Below, in pieces: positions 10,701 through 20,231 of a DNA stretch of 64,000 bases. Position numbers and translations under genes: made by a program. Source of the stretch: Phycisphaerae bacterium (GTDB taxonomy: Bacteria; Planctomycetota; Phycisphaerae; UBA1845; Fen-1342); the NCBI GenBank assembly GCA_963675745.2, contig CAXXWX010000001.1:32001-96000 (forward strand), written 5' to 3'. Under the pieces are notes generated by a model. It saw nothing but the letters and a program-made list of their open reading frames with translations. It had not been told where the DNA came from and did not search any database. The number at the start of each line of letters is the position of its first letter. The stretch's first letter is position 1.

Positions 10701-11451
10701 GCGATTCTGAGGGAGTGGTCGCCTGCCGGGCAAGCCCGAAGTCAAAAATGTGCGGCCGCCCGTCGGCGTCAACCAGAATGTTGCCCGGCTTCAGGTCGCG
10801 GTGGATCACGCCGCGCTGATGGGCATACTGAACCGCGTCGCAAACGTCGGCGAAGAGCTTCAGCGTCTCATCCAATGGGAGCTTCAGCTCGCCGACGTGT
10901 TCATGCAGCAGTTTCCCGCGCACGTAGTCCATTACGTAATACTGCTGTCCGTCGCGCGTCTGACCGGAGTGGTAAATCGAGATGATGCCGGGGTGCTTGA
11001 GTTGTGCGACAAGTTCGATTTCGCGCTCGAACCGCCGGCGCGATGACCGGGTGGCGAAGCGGCCGGCCAGCAAAACCTTGATGGCGACTTTGCGCTTCGT
11101 GGAGCGCTGCATGGCCTGATAGACGATGCCCTGCCCGCCGTGGCTCAGCTCCCCGACCAGGTCATACCCCGGGAACTGCTCGCTGAACGACGCGGCGATG
11201 TCCGCCTCGTCGCCTGTTTGCGCCGCCGGGGCTGAAGAGCACGTCTGGGGGCTGGCAGCCAGGTTCCGCAGCCGCTCCACCATCGAGAGCGATTGCAGCT
11301 CTTCGCCGAGTTCCGGCATCAGGTCCGGATGGGCCGCGATGATCTTTTGATCAGCGAGCGACTCACCGGCGGCGCGCCGACGCAGAGCGTCGTCGAGCAC
11401 TTCGTGTACGCGATCCAGGCGGCTTTCTTGTGTGTCCTCGCCCGGCGGCAT
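7714..11451 (-). CDS. Membrane Ser/Thr protein kinase with coiled coil and 42-aa TPR repeats (kinesin-light-chain type)
   Basis: Start moved to ATG 11451 (GGAGG upstream; N-terminus aligns with the paralog). HRDLKPGN, DFGLA and YLSPEQ motifs; TM helix; repeated LGxxHPxTL...NNL units. Confidence 0.95.
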   Translation of the reverse strand: MPPGEDTQESRLDRVHEVLDDALRRRAAGESLADQKIIAAHPDLMPELGEELQSLSMVERLRNLAASPQTCSSAPAAQTGDEADIAASFSEQFPGYDLVGELSHGGQGIVYQAMQRSTKRKVAIKVLLAGRFATRSSRRRFEREIELVAQLKHPGIISIYHSGQTRDGQQYYVMDYVRGKLLHEHVGELKLPLDETLKLFADVCDAVQYAHQRGVIHRDLKPGNILVDADGRPHIFDFGLARQATTPSESLVSVSQQVVGTLPYLSPEQARGNPDEIDTRTDIYALGVTLYELLTGTYPYPVVGNVTEVLRHIAESPPSPLSSVWRVDKGVTKRSSSQVRIGTCPIDAEVQTIITKALAKERERRYQSAGDLGRDIRHYLAGEPIEAKRDSLAYLLRKQLQRYRIAAIAALVILAVVTAGFVTSFAFWRQAVEQRDAAHAAQSAEQRQRRAAEEARSAESAQRRAAQASAEEARLEAAKAAAVSRFLRDMLASVDPSAARGRDVAVRDVLDEAAREIDQGSLRGQPEVEAAVRQTLGETYTGLGELASGRSQLTKAYALRKELLGEEHRDTLETLIALGVTLMEAGEFTDAEARCRHALELCRREFGAEDELTAKAMNNLALLYERQGKYGDSEPLYREALATCRRTLGDDHELTLRVINNLGMLLIEQADYDGALALYREGLEGLRRTLGDDHPITIIMRNNIGWTQVERGHFEDGAQTLRDIADTALRVLGPEHPHYLLARSNLAMALHQEGGRDEAIAILRDVLDACRRTLGDEHPTTLGVLNNLGYVLYEHGEYPEAAECFEVALRASKGKLGDEHAMTLLMASNVARIVADSGDLVRAEALQRRVVEAQRRTLGPDHPDYARALVRLADYLVDQERFDEAEPLFVEGVELCQRALGEDHPDTLTALDLFANLRAGQGRNAEAAELHRQVYERCRERFGEDAAATLRALYSMALRTWEAGNPAEAEPLFREVIAGESDLLGPTHNSTLLSRYCLARVLKDLKKYAESEAVYRALLADQREVLGEDHAKTLETAGQYGILLSELEHWPELEALSRERLALYDRLGDAVNDNAILYAKMDLAIAIRLQDHWADAEPVHRDVLARLKRSPDSDERRTVIWTYNLARVLAELERDDEARPLFEESLNWCEQNLPDDDVTRAIVNGAYGALLSRVGDFEESEKRLLRAYDVLSTAPGCDPERALRTMRGLISLYDAWGKPEQEANWRGALDAAEAENQTSDGQPDE

Positions 11452-11892
11452 TCCCACAAACCTCCCGTGGCAAGTCTCCGTACGGTCTCGCAGGCGACGA
11501 TGTGCCGGCCCTGAGCGGCCGCCGGAGTCGGTCCGATAGCTAAGTATACCGCAATACCCCCGCTGGAGGGGAGCGGCCGCGGCTCGCCACAGCAAACCGA
11601 GGTCCACATTGCATCGCCACAGGTGACCCGATAGACTCAACTTAGGTTCGTAATGGCCTGATAGCGGCAGGGGCCGACTACTGGCAAGAACGGGTGTCGT
11701 GGAAGGCCGAAGAAAACGCGTTGACGGCAAACGCTCCCAGCGAGCGCCGGCCGGTAACACGAATTCACGGCTGACCACGTGGTCCGCGCTGTGTGACCAC
11801 ATCAACACCCTTTTCGCACGCAAACCGTTGATTTGCCGATGACCTCAACAACACGCATTTTTCCTGTTCACCCATGGAGAGTGGAGACGCAC

Positions 11893-14800
11893 ATGCATAG
11901 GAAGCAGATACACGTGCAACTTATCGGGCTGGCGACGCTGATCGCCTTGCTGCCGGCGACCAGCGCACAAATGCGCGGCGTCAACGATCCCACCGCTGTG
12001 ATGTGGCGCGGGGGTACCGAGTTATTGCAGGCCCAAACGCCGGCGCAAGCGATCGCCGTAATCGATAACGCGCTCGCCGTCGGTGACGAGCATGTCATCA
12101 TGCAGTTCTCGCAACCGCTCAGCCGCGCCGAGCGCGAGCAGTTGCAGGCCGCGGGCGTCACCCTGCTCGACTATCTGAGCAACAACGCATTCTTCGCGGC
12201 GGTATCGCCGCAACATTATTCCGCCGGCGCCCTGACATCGGTTGGTGCATTGCGTACCGTTCAACCCGTAGACGCTCGCCAGAAACTGCATCCGTCGATC
12301 GCCGCCGGTGAGATCGCGCCGTGGTCGGTGATTGACAAGTCAGCGCAGGACGCCAAGACGCCGTTGGAACCCGGTGACAACCCGCTTGTCGCCGCCTATG
12401 TGCTATTCCACCGCGACATTGACACGGCCCGCGATGGTGTCGCGCTGGTCCAGATGTATGGCGGTACGGTGCGCTCGGTGCTCAAGAGCGTCAACGGTCT
12501 GGTCGCGCATCTGCCATACGACGAGCTGGCCGGATTGGTGGAGGAAGATGCGGTCATGTGGATCGAGCCCCCCCTGCCCAAAATGTCGGGCACGAACGAC
12601 AGCAACCGGGCGCGGGTCGGCGCCGACGAAGCCCAGACCGCTCCGTACGGGCTGGATGGCTCGGGCATCGTGGTGTTGATCTATGATGGTGGTACCGCTG
12701 ACGCGAGCCACCCCGATTTCGGCGGACGCGCTTTTGTCCGCGACACATCCGGAACGCACTATCACTCCACACACGTCGCCGGCACGGTCGGCGGTGATGG
12801 CACAAGCAGCGGTGGCACCTATCGCGGAATGGCCCCCGGCGTCACGCTCGAATCCTACGGCTTCGAGCAGGAGGGCGGCTTGCAGGAGGGTTTCCTCTAC
12901 ACCGATCCCGGCGACATCGAGGCGGATTACGGCGAGGCCATCAACACCTACGGCGTGGATATCTCCAACAACTCCATCGGCTCCAATACCGCGCCCAACG
13001 GCTTCCCTTGCGAGTGGGAAGGTGATTACGGCGTGACCGCGTCCGTCATCGACGGCATCGTGCGCGGCAGCCTCAGCGGCGGCGACCCGTTCCGTATCGT
13101 CTGGGCCAACGGGAACGAACGCAGCAGCGGCCGCTGTGGTACGACGTATCTGACCACCGCGCCGCCGGCCTGCGGCAAAAACCACATCACGGTCGGCGCG
13201 TTGAATTCCAATGACGACTCGGTCACCGACTTCACCAGTTGGGGCCCCACGGAAGACGGTCGCCTGAAACCCGACATCTCCGCCCCGGGCTGCCAGTCCG
13301 ACGATGATTTCGGCGTAACCTCGTGCAACTCCGGCGGCGGTTACACCTCGCTGTGCGGAACCTCAATGGCCGCGCCAACAGTCTGTGGGATGGGCGCCCT
13401 GATGCTCCAGGATTTCCGTCAGCAGTATCCCGGTGATCCTGACCCGCGCAACTCGACGCTCAAGGCGATTCTCGCACACACCGCGGTCGACATTCACAAC
13501 ACGGGCCCCGACTATCAGAGCGGCTACGGTTCGGTCCGCGTCATCCCGGCCATCGATTTGATGCGCGCCGGCAATTTCATCGAGGCCGAGGTCGATCAAA
13601 GTGGCCTCTACTCGGTACTGGTCTATGTCAATCCCGGCGACGATGAGCTGAAGGTCACGCTGGCCTGGGACGATCCGCCGGGCACGCCGAATGTGTATCC
13701 CAGCCTGGTCAACGATCTCGAGCTGCGCGTCTTTGATCCTTCCAGCACGCGCTATTATCCGTGGACACTCGATCCGGCCAACCCGAGCGCCCCCGCCGTG
13801 CGGACGCAGGATGATCATCTCAACAATCTCGAACAGGTCGTGATCGACAACCCCGCACCGGGCGCCTACCGCGTTGAAATCTATGGCTACAACGTACCTG
13901 ATGGGCCACAGCCGTTCTCGCTGAGCGCCACGCCGCTGCTGATTAACTGCTCATCGCAGGGCACGATCGCGCTGGATCGCCCGAAGTACGCGTGTGAGGG
14001 TTCGGCGCTCGTCCGGGTTATCGACTGCGATCTCAATACGAACGACCTCATTATCGAAACCGTGACCGTCACAGTCGCATCCACGACCGAGCCGGGCGGC
14101 GAGACGTTGCTGCTCACTGAAACGTCGGCGGAATCCGCCACCTTTGATGCAACTCTCGTCCTGAGCGAAACCGATGCAGCCGGCGTGTTGCAGATCTCGG
14201 ACGGCGACACGGTTACGGCAACCTATATCGACGCGGATGACGGCGCAGGCGGCACGAATGTCACCGTCGAAGCAACGAGCGTTGTCGATTGTTCTCCACC
14301 TGTCATTTCGAATGTCGTCGTGACGGAGATTAACCCGCGCGACGCCACCATCACCTTTGACACCGACGAGCCGGCAAACTGCACCGTCTTCTACGGTCTC
14401 GACTGTGCGGCACTGACGGAGAGCGCCTCCGGGGCGGGCTTCCAAACGGCTCATTCGATCCGGCTTTCCAGTCTCACTGACAACACCACCTACTTCTTCA
14501 GCATCGAGGCCGAGGATCAGGCCGCCAATGTGTCCACCGATGACAACGGCGGCGCTTGCTACGCGTTTACCACGCCGGAGATTCCCGACTTCTTTACCGA
14601 GTTGTTCAGCAGCGACAATGATCTGGACAACATCAGCCTGCACTTCATCCCGGTCGGCGGATATGAGTTCTACGCCGGCTGTGTGGAGCCGATCACCGTG
14701 CTGCCGACCGATCCGGCCACCGGCACGCCGATCTCGTTGAGCGACGATTCCTACGACACGATCACGCTCACCGGCAGCCCGGTCAGCCTGTACGGCACGA

Positions 14801-16224
14801 CTTACAGCACGTTTTACGTGGGCAGCAACGGTTTCATTACCTTCAGCAGCGGCAGCACCAGCACCAGCGAGTCGCTCGAAAATCACTTCAGCCAGCCGCG
14901 CATTTCGGGTTTGTACGATGACCTCAACCCGGCGTCCGGCGGCACGGTAAGCTGGGAGGAGTTTGCCGACCGCGTGGTGGTCACCTGGCTTAACGTGCTG
15001 GAATACAACACGTCGAACGCCAACACCTTCCAGATCGAGATGTACTTCGACGGGCAGATCACGATCAGCTATCTCGACATAACCATCAGTGACGGTCTGG
15101 CGGGCCTCTCGGCCGGCGGTGGCGTGCCGCTGGACTTCTTCGAGTCCGACCTGTCGGGTATGGGCAGTTGTGGCCCGCGTCCGCCGAGCGCGTCGAACGC
15201 CGAAGTCAGCACGCCATTCGACACACCGATCTCGATCACGCTGCAAGCCGGCGATGATGGCCTGCCCGATCCGCCGGCGACACTGACCTACGTGGTTACA
15301 GCATTGCCGGCCCATGGCACGCTGAGCGAACCGGGTGTTGGCACGATCACGTATGTTCCGTGGACGCTGACCGCTTCAGTGAACGTGGTCGATTACACTC
15401 CTGCGCCGGCGTATGGCGGCACGGACAACTTCACGTTCGTCGCCGATGACGGTGGCGTGGCTCCCGACGGCGGCGAGTCAAATACCGCAACCATCTCGAT
15501 TACCGTCGGCGGCCCGCAGGTTGTCTACGATTTCCCGATGGACAGTGATCCCAACTGGACCGCCGAGGGCGCCTGGGCCTTTGGAACACCCACCGGCGGC
15601 GGTTCGCACAACCTCGACCCCACCAGCGGGCATACCGGCGACAACGTCTACGGCTATAACCTGGCCGGCGACTACACCGACGGCATGCCGGTCTATTACC
15701 TGACGACCGCCGCGCTGGACTGCACCGATGTGACCGAGACCGAGCTGCGCTTCTGGCGCTGGCTGGGCGTCGAGTCATCGCGCTACGATCAAGCCGACCT
15801 GGCCGTCTCCAACGACGGCGCCGCGTGGACCACGTTGTGGCTGCACGACGGCGAGGCCATCAGCGAGTCGGCGTGGTCGGAGTACGTCTATGACATCTCG
15901 GCGATCGCGGATGGCCAGGCCACGCTGTTCGTGCGTTGGGGTATCGGCCCGACCGACGGCTCGGTCACCTATCCTGGCTGGAACATCGACGACGTGCAGA
16001 TTTGGGGCCTGGCCCCGTATGTTCCGCCGACATTGGGTGACGTAAACTGCGACGGCGTCATCAACAACGGCGACATCGACCCATTCGTACTTGCCGTAAC
16101 CGATCCGGTCGCCTACCAGGCGGCGTATCCGAGCTGTGACATTAATCACGCAGACTGCAATCAGGATGGAGATATCAACAACGGCGACATCGACGCGTTT
16201 CTTGATTTGCTCGCCGGCGCGTAG
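11893..16224 (+). CDS. Secreted multidomain S8 (subtilisin-like) serine peptidase with dockerin-like tail
   Basis: Catalytic motifs IYDGG, HSTHVAGT and GTSMAAP; RLKPDISAPG; LKVTLAWDD domain, then Ig/FN3-like and jelly-roll-like segments; dockerin-like tail. Start at the ATG after GGAG. Confidence 0.93.
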   Translation: MHRKQIHVQLIGLATLIALLPATSAQMRGVNDPTAVMWRGGTELLQAQTPAQAIAVIDNALAVGDEHVIMQFSQPLSRAEREQLQAAGVTLLDYLSNNAFFAAVSPQHYSAGALTSVGALRTVQPVDARQKLHPSIAAGEIAPWSVIDKSAQDAKTPLEPGDNPLVAAYVLFHRDIDTARDGVALVQMYGGTVRSVLKSVNGLVAHLPYDELAGLVEEDAVMWIEPPLPKMSGTNDSNRARVGADEAQTAPYGLDGSGIVVLIYDGGTADASHPDFGGRAFVRDTSGTHYHSTHVAGTVGGDGTSSGGTYRGMAPGVTLESYGFEQEGGLQEGFLYTDPGDIEADYGEAINTYGVDISNNSIGSNTAPNGFPCEWEGDYGVTASVIDGIVRGSLSGGDPFRIVWANGNERSSGRCGTTYLTTAPPACGKNHITVGALNSNDDSVTDFTSWGPTEDGRLKPDISAPGCQSDDDFGVTSCNSGGGYTSLCGTSMAAPTVCGMGALMLQDFRQQYPGDPDPRNSTLKAILAHTAVDIHNTGPDYQSGYGSVRVIPAIDLMRAGNFIEAEVDQSGLYSVLVYVNPGDDELKVTLAWDDPPGTPNVYPSLVNDLELRVFDPSSTRYYPWTLDPANPSAPAVRTQDDHLNNLEQVVIDNPAPGAYRVEIYGYNVPDGPQPFSLSATPLLINCSSQGTIALDRPKYACEGSALVRVIDCDLNTNDLIIETVTVTVASTTEPGGETLLLTETSAESATFDATLVLSETDAAGVLQISDGDTVTATYIDADDGAGGTNVTVEATSVVDCSPPVISNVVVTEINPRDATITFDTDEPANCTVFYGLDCAALTESASGAGFQTAHSIRLSSLTDNTTYFFSIEAEDQAANVSTDDNGGACYAFTTPEIPDFFTELFSSDNDLDNISLHFIPVGGYEFYAGCVEPITVLPTDPATGTPISLSDDSYDTITLTGSPVSLYGTTYSTFYVGSNGFITFSSGSTSTSESLENHFSQPRISGLYDDLNPASGGTVSWEEFADRVVVTWLNVLEYNTSNANTFQIEMYFDGQITISYLDITISDGLAGLSAGGGVPLDFFESDLSGMGSCGPRPPSASNAEVSTPFDTPISITLQAGDDGLPDPPATLTYVVTALPAHGTLSEPGVGTITYVPWTLTASVNVVDYTPAPAYGGTDNFTFVADDGGVAPDGGESNTATISITVGGPQVVYDFPMDSDPNWTAEGAWAFGTPTGGGSHNLDPTSGHTGDNVYGYNLAGDYTDGMPVYYLTTAALDCTDVTETELRFWRWLGVESSRYDQADLAVSNDGAAWTTLWLHDGEAISESAWSEYVYDISAIADGQATLFVRWGIGPTDGSVTYPGWNIDDVQIWGLAPYVPPTLGDVNCDGVINNGDIDPFVLAVTDPVAYQAAYPSCDINHADCNQDGDINNGDIDAFLDLLAGA

Positions 16225-16242
16225 GCGATTCAACGGCAACCA

Positions 16243-16295
16243 GGTGCGACAAGGCGCATCCCACCCAACAGGCGTGGGGTGCGTCTTGACGCACC
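16243..16295. repeat. REPIN-like element: two inverted REP-like palindromes
   Basis: GTGG-GGTGCGTC-TT-GACGCACC on + and a degenerate copy GTGG-GATGCGCC-TT-GTCGCACC on -, matching the GT(A/G)G + palindrome REP architecture. Confidence 0.6.
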
Positions 16296-16445
16296 GTCGT
16301 ATTTGGTGTTCGGCGTACTGGTGCCGCAGGTATTGGGATTTCAGCGATAGAATACAAGATGTCAGTGGGGCCCCACCGCTTGCTATGGGGGGCGGATGAG
16401 CAAACAGTCTGGAAGACAGCGTTTTCTTGAGTAAGGAGATGGCTC

Positions 16446-18893
16446 GTGCGAAGGATTCTCACGCTATCAATGACGCTGGCGATGTGCGCGGCTTTCGCCT
16501 GTTGCCCGGACGATCGATGTACGTCGATGCGGACTGACGACGCCGGGCCGTCGGCCGACCGTGATGCTACAGGGGCGCCGCAGATTGCCCGGGCAGGGGT
16601 TCTTCCAACCGCAACGCGATCCACGCCGCGCGACACCAACAAGCCCAAGTTCGGACCGCCCCCACCCGGGTACATCCGGATCGTTGGTGGTACTGTCCCG
16701 AACTGGACGCCGGAGAGCATGCACGAACCGATTCCGCGTAGCGGTGCATGGTACCTGCTCGGCCCGCGGCCCATCACGGATGAGTACTGGAGCGGCAACG
16801 ACGATGCCAGCGGGCGTGTTGTCGGGATCGCGGCCCACCCGTCCGACGCGGACACGGCGTATATCGCCTCGGCGTCGGGTGGCGTCTGGAAGACCACGGA
16901 TGGCGGCCTGAACTGGACGCCGATCACCGACGAACTCTCAGTGCTCAACCACGGCGCGATCGCCATCGACCCCTCAGACCCCGAGACGATCTATGTGGGC
17001 ACCGGCGAGTACACCACCGCGAGCACCGGCGACGGGCTGTTTCGGTCCGTTGATGGCGGAGTCAACTGGGCGCAGATTGCCACGACCGCCCAGGTAGGCA
17101 GCACGTGCAGCCGCGTGCTGGTTGACCCCACCAATCCGCTGCGTATTCACGTTACGGGCAACAGCGGATATGTGCGCAGCACCGACGGTGGCGGCACCTG
17201 GACCACACAGCTATCCGGCGCGGCCTCCGACGTCGAGCTCAATCCCGGAAATCCCAACGAAGTTTTGGTTGCGCGCCACGGAGACGGCATCTACCGCTCC
17301 AACAATGGCGGCAACTCGTTCGTAAAGCTCACCGGAGGATTACCCACCTCTGATGTGAATCGCATATTGATCGCCCCGGCGGCCTCAAACCCTGGGACTT
17401 ATTACACCGCGATCGTCGATGGCAGTGCCGGGCTGCGCGGTCTGTATCGCACCACCGACTCCGGCAACAACTGGGTCCAAAAGACCAACACCCCCAATTT
17501 CCCCTCGCCGCAGGGTTGGTACGACGTGTTCCTCGGCGTCGATCCGACCGCCCACGACACGGTCTATGCCGGCGGCGTCTCGCCGATCTACGCACCGGCG
17601 GGTGTGGTAAAGACCGTCAATGGCGGCAACTCGTGGACCGAGATTTCGGCCGGCGCGCTTGGTGGACAGTTGCATCCCGACGAGCACGCCATCGAATTCG
17701 GACCCGACGGCACAATCTGGGTCGGCAATGACGGTGGCGTGTGGAAGAGCACCGACGGCGGCCAGAGCTGGATCAACTTGAATCCAACACTCACCGTCAC
17801 TCAAAACTACCAGATCGCGCTGAGTCCGCACGACGCCGCCCAGCTCATGGGGGGCACACAGGATAACGGCACGGTCGGACGCGACGCTGACGTGCTTGAT
17901 TGGCCCCAGGTAATGGGTGGCGATGGCGGGTTTGCCGCATATGACGCCGATGATCCCGCACGGTTCTACACGACCTACGTGTACCTCACTATCTATCGGA
18001 GAGACTCGTCCGGCTGGTCCGACATCTCAGGACCATGGGGAAGTGATTCCCGCAACTTCATCTCCCCGCTGGTGATGGACCCCGGCGACCCCCACACTTT
18101 GCTCGGGGGCACCAATCGCGTCTGGCGCACCACCGATGCGCACGCCAGCGCCAACTGGAACGCTATCAGCACGACTGCCGTTGCCGGCGGCGGGACACTG
18201 AACGCGATTGCCGTGGCGGCCACCGACTCGGATGTAATGTACACCGGCAGTTCCACCGGTGACGTCTGGGTGCGCAACACCGGCGGCGCGTGGTCTGACA
18301 AGTCCGCCGGGTTGCCCAACGGCGAGATTAGTGACGTGTTGCTCGACCCAGCCGATCCGGCGATTGCATATGTGGGCTTCTATAGCACCTCGGGCCCCCG
18401 TGTGCTGCGAACCGATTCTTTCGGCGCCGCATGGGTGGATGTCACCGGCACACTGCCGAGCGGCGTCGCCGCCCGCGCTCTCGAGATCGACTGGCGCTTC
18501 GATCCGCCACATATCTACGTCGGCAGCGGTGCCGGCGTGTACGAGTCATCCGATGATGGCGTTACTTGGCAGAAGGACGGCACCGACCTGCCCAACGTCA
18601 ATATCGGCGACCTGCGCATCGACTTCGGAGCCCTGACCATCACCGCCGGTACGTACGGCCGCGGCGCCTGGCGCAAATCCTTGCCGTCCACCAACCCGCA
18701 GTTGGGAGACTTGAACTGCGACGGCCTGGTGAACAACGGCGACATCGACCCGTTCGTCCTCGCGGTCACCCAGCCGGCGCTATACGCAATCAGCTTCCCG
18801 GACTGCGATATCGATCTCGCCGACTGCAACGGCGATGGATTTGTGAACAACGGTGACATTGACCCGTTTGTAGCCATCTTATCGGGCAGCTAG
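16446..18893 (+). CDS. Secreted BNR/Asp-box beta-propeller protein (VPS10/GH74-like fold) with dockerin-like tail
   Basis: Many (S/T)xDGGx(N/T/S)W Asp-boxes; HPDEH, GGTQDNG, GGDG and TYGRGAW motifs; AAGGAG RBS before the GTG; dockerin-like tail. Confidence 0.85.
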   Translation: MRRILTLSMTLAMCAAFACCPDDRCTSMRTDDAGPSADRDATGAPQIARAGVLPTATRSTPRDTNKPKFGPPPPGYIRIVGGTVPNWTPESMHEPIPRSGAWYLLGPRPITDEYWSGNDDASGRVVGIAAHPSDADTAYIASASGGVWKTTDGGLNWTPITDELSVLNHGAIAIDPSDPETIYVGTGEYTTASTGDGLFRSVDGGVNWAQIATTAQVGSTCSRVLVDPTNPLRIHVTGNSGYVRSTDGGGTWTTQLSGAASDVELNPGNPNEVLVARHGDGIYRSNNGGNSFVKLTGGLPTSDVNRILIAPAASNPGTYYTAIVDGSAGLRGLYRTTDSGNNWVQKTNTPNFPSPQGWYDVFLGVDPTAHDTVYAGGVSPIYAPAGVVKTVNGGNSWTEISAGALGGQLHPDEHAIEFGPDGTIWVGNDGGVWKSTDGGQSWINLNPTLTVTQNYQIALSPHDAAQLMGGTQDNGTVGRDADVLDWPQVMGGDGGFAAYDADDPARFYTTYVYLTIYRRDSSGWSDISGPWGSDSRNFISPLVMDPGDPHTLLGGTNRVWRTTDAHASANWNAISTTAVAGGGTLNAIAVAATDSDVMYTGSSTGDVWVRNTGGAWSDKSAGLPNGEISDVLLDPADPAIAYVGFYSTSGPRVLRTDSFGAAWVDVTGTLPSGVAARALEIDWRFDPPHIYVGSGAGVYESSDDGVTWQKDGTDLPNVNIGDLRIDFGALTITAGTYGRGAWRKSLPSTNPQLGDLNCDGLVNNGDIDPFVLAVTQPALYAISFPDCDIDLADCNGDGFVNNGDIDPFVAILSGS

Positions 18894-19045
18894 CGGAACA
18901 CCGAGCTTCGCGCGCCATCAGACCACGGAAGATCGTTGGGTTTCTCGCCATGATCGATTAGGCTCGGTTCATGCCGGGGGCTGGGTAATGGGCCCCGGCG
19001 CGTGAGTGCGCGCTGCCGGCCGCGGCGAATCTGGGAGAATCTGCG

Positions 19046-19768
19046 ATGTGTGCCAACCTGAAGACGGCGTGGGCGGGCACGCTGGTGTGCCTGATCCTGC
19101 TGCAACCGATTGCCGCCGTGGCCGAGGTCACGACATGGCCGTTCGAGCTCTCGACATCGGGCGAGAACGTATACTGGGTTTCACCGACCGCGGTCGACAA
19201 CACCGCGCCGCGTTATAACCTGGGATACGAGCTCACCTCGATCGTCGTCGTGGTGCGCTACTCGATCATCACCATCCCGGTCGATGTGACCACCATGGTG
19301 CCGCCTGAATATCTCACCGGCGAGGTCACCCAGGACGGTCCGCCTCCGATCGTCGTCTTTGACGGCCTGATCGTCTTTCCCGAGCCGCCGGAGCCGGCCG
19401 GCGTGAGCGCGGACATATACATCGGGCTCGACGCCGACGGTTACGGTGTGGCGGCGGCGGAGAGCATTGTGCTCGGCGAAATAGAGGTCGAAATACCAGG
19501 TCTCGGCCTGCAAACAGTCGAGGTTCTGAGCGTTCAGATTCATGGTACGCTCTCGGCGGAGCCCGTCTGGTACGAACTGGGCGATCTCAACTGTGACGGC
19601 TGGGTGAACAACGGCGACATCGACCCCTTCGTGTTCGCGCTCTCATATCCCGACCAGTATCCCGACGTCTACCCGGACTGCGACATCATGAACGGGGACA
19701 TCACCGGTGACGGCTGGATGAACAACGGCGACATCGACGCGTTTCTGGAGTTGATCGTCCCAACGTAG
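19046..19768 (+). CDS. Secreted hypothetical beta-rich protein with dockerin-like tail
   Basis: Signal peptide (AVA-E), ~150-aa body of unknown function, dockerin-like tail. Confidence 0.8.
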   Translation: MCANLKTAWAGTLVCLILLQPIAAVAEVTTWPFELSTSGENVYWVSPTAVDNTAPRYNLGYELTSIVVVVRYSIITIPVDVTTMVPPEYLTGEVTQDGPPPIVVFDGLIVFPEPPEPAGVSADIYIGLDADGYGVAAAESIVLGEIEVEIPGLGLQTVEVLSVQIHGTLSAEPVWYELGDLNCDGWVNNGDIDPFVFALSYPDQYPDVYPDCDIMNGDITGDGWMNNGDIDAFLELIVPT

Positions 19769-20088
19769 CTCGGCAGCGTGGGCAGCGCGTCGGCGTATCG
19801 TACGGCGGACCATCGTCCGGCGCGCCACTTCGGGCGCCGGGAGCTCGAGTCGCGTCTGGCCGGAACTGACGCGCGCGTGGAAGACCCCCGGTGATCGTGA
19901 TGATCGCCGGCGAGATCAACGCGGTTCTTGCGCTTCGTGATAAACCGCTCACCCGCCCGACGTGCATGCTCAACGGCATATCGTCACAGTCTGAACCCAA
20001 CCGGATACGTGGAAGGCCCTATTGCACAGGGCTGGATGCGAGCGATAATAAAAAGTGGGCCGCTCGTGCTGCCCGTGCCGGGGAAGTA

Positions 20089-20117
20089 TTGACGCCACCC
20101 CATGTCTATTATAGGAT
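20089..20117 (+). promoter_or_regulatory. Putative sigma70-type promoter
   Basis: TTGACG-N17-TAGGAT upstream of the His/Trp-repeat gene. Confidence 0.45.
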
Positions 20118-20231
20118 GGTAAACTGCTGACCGATATTACGCTTGTGTTTGCGTCAACGTCGGGCAAGCCGTCCTAGGAGGGCATGGGGGACATGTCTGG
20201 GTGTACGCACCCGCGCCACAGGAGCACGATC

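Noticed and set aside
11452..11823. 124-aa N-terminal extension of the 1369-aa kinase ORF
   Set aside because: Paralog alignment and the RBS support ATG 11451; the extension spans the divergent promoter region.
19046..19768. Cohesin/scaffoldin identity for the small beta-rich tagged protein
   Set aside because: The size is compatible, but no cohesin motif is recognisable by eye; structure prediction is needed.
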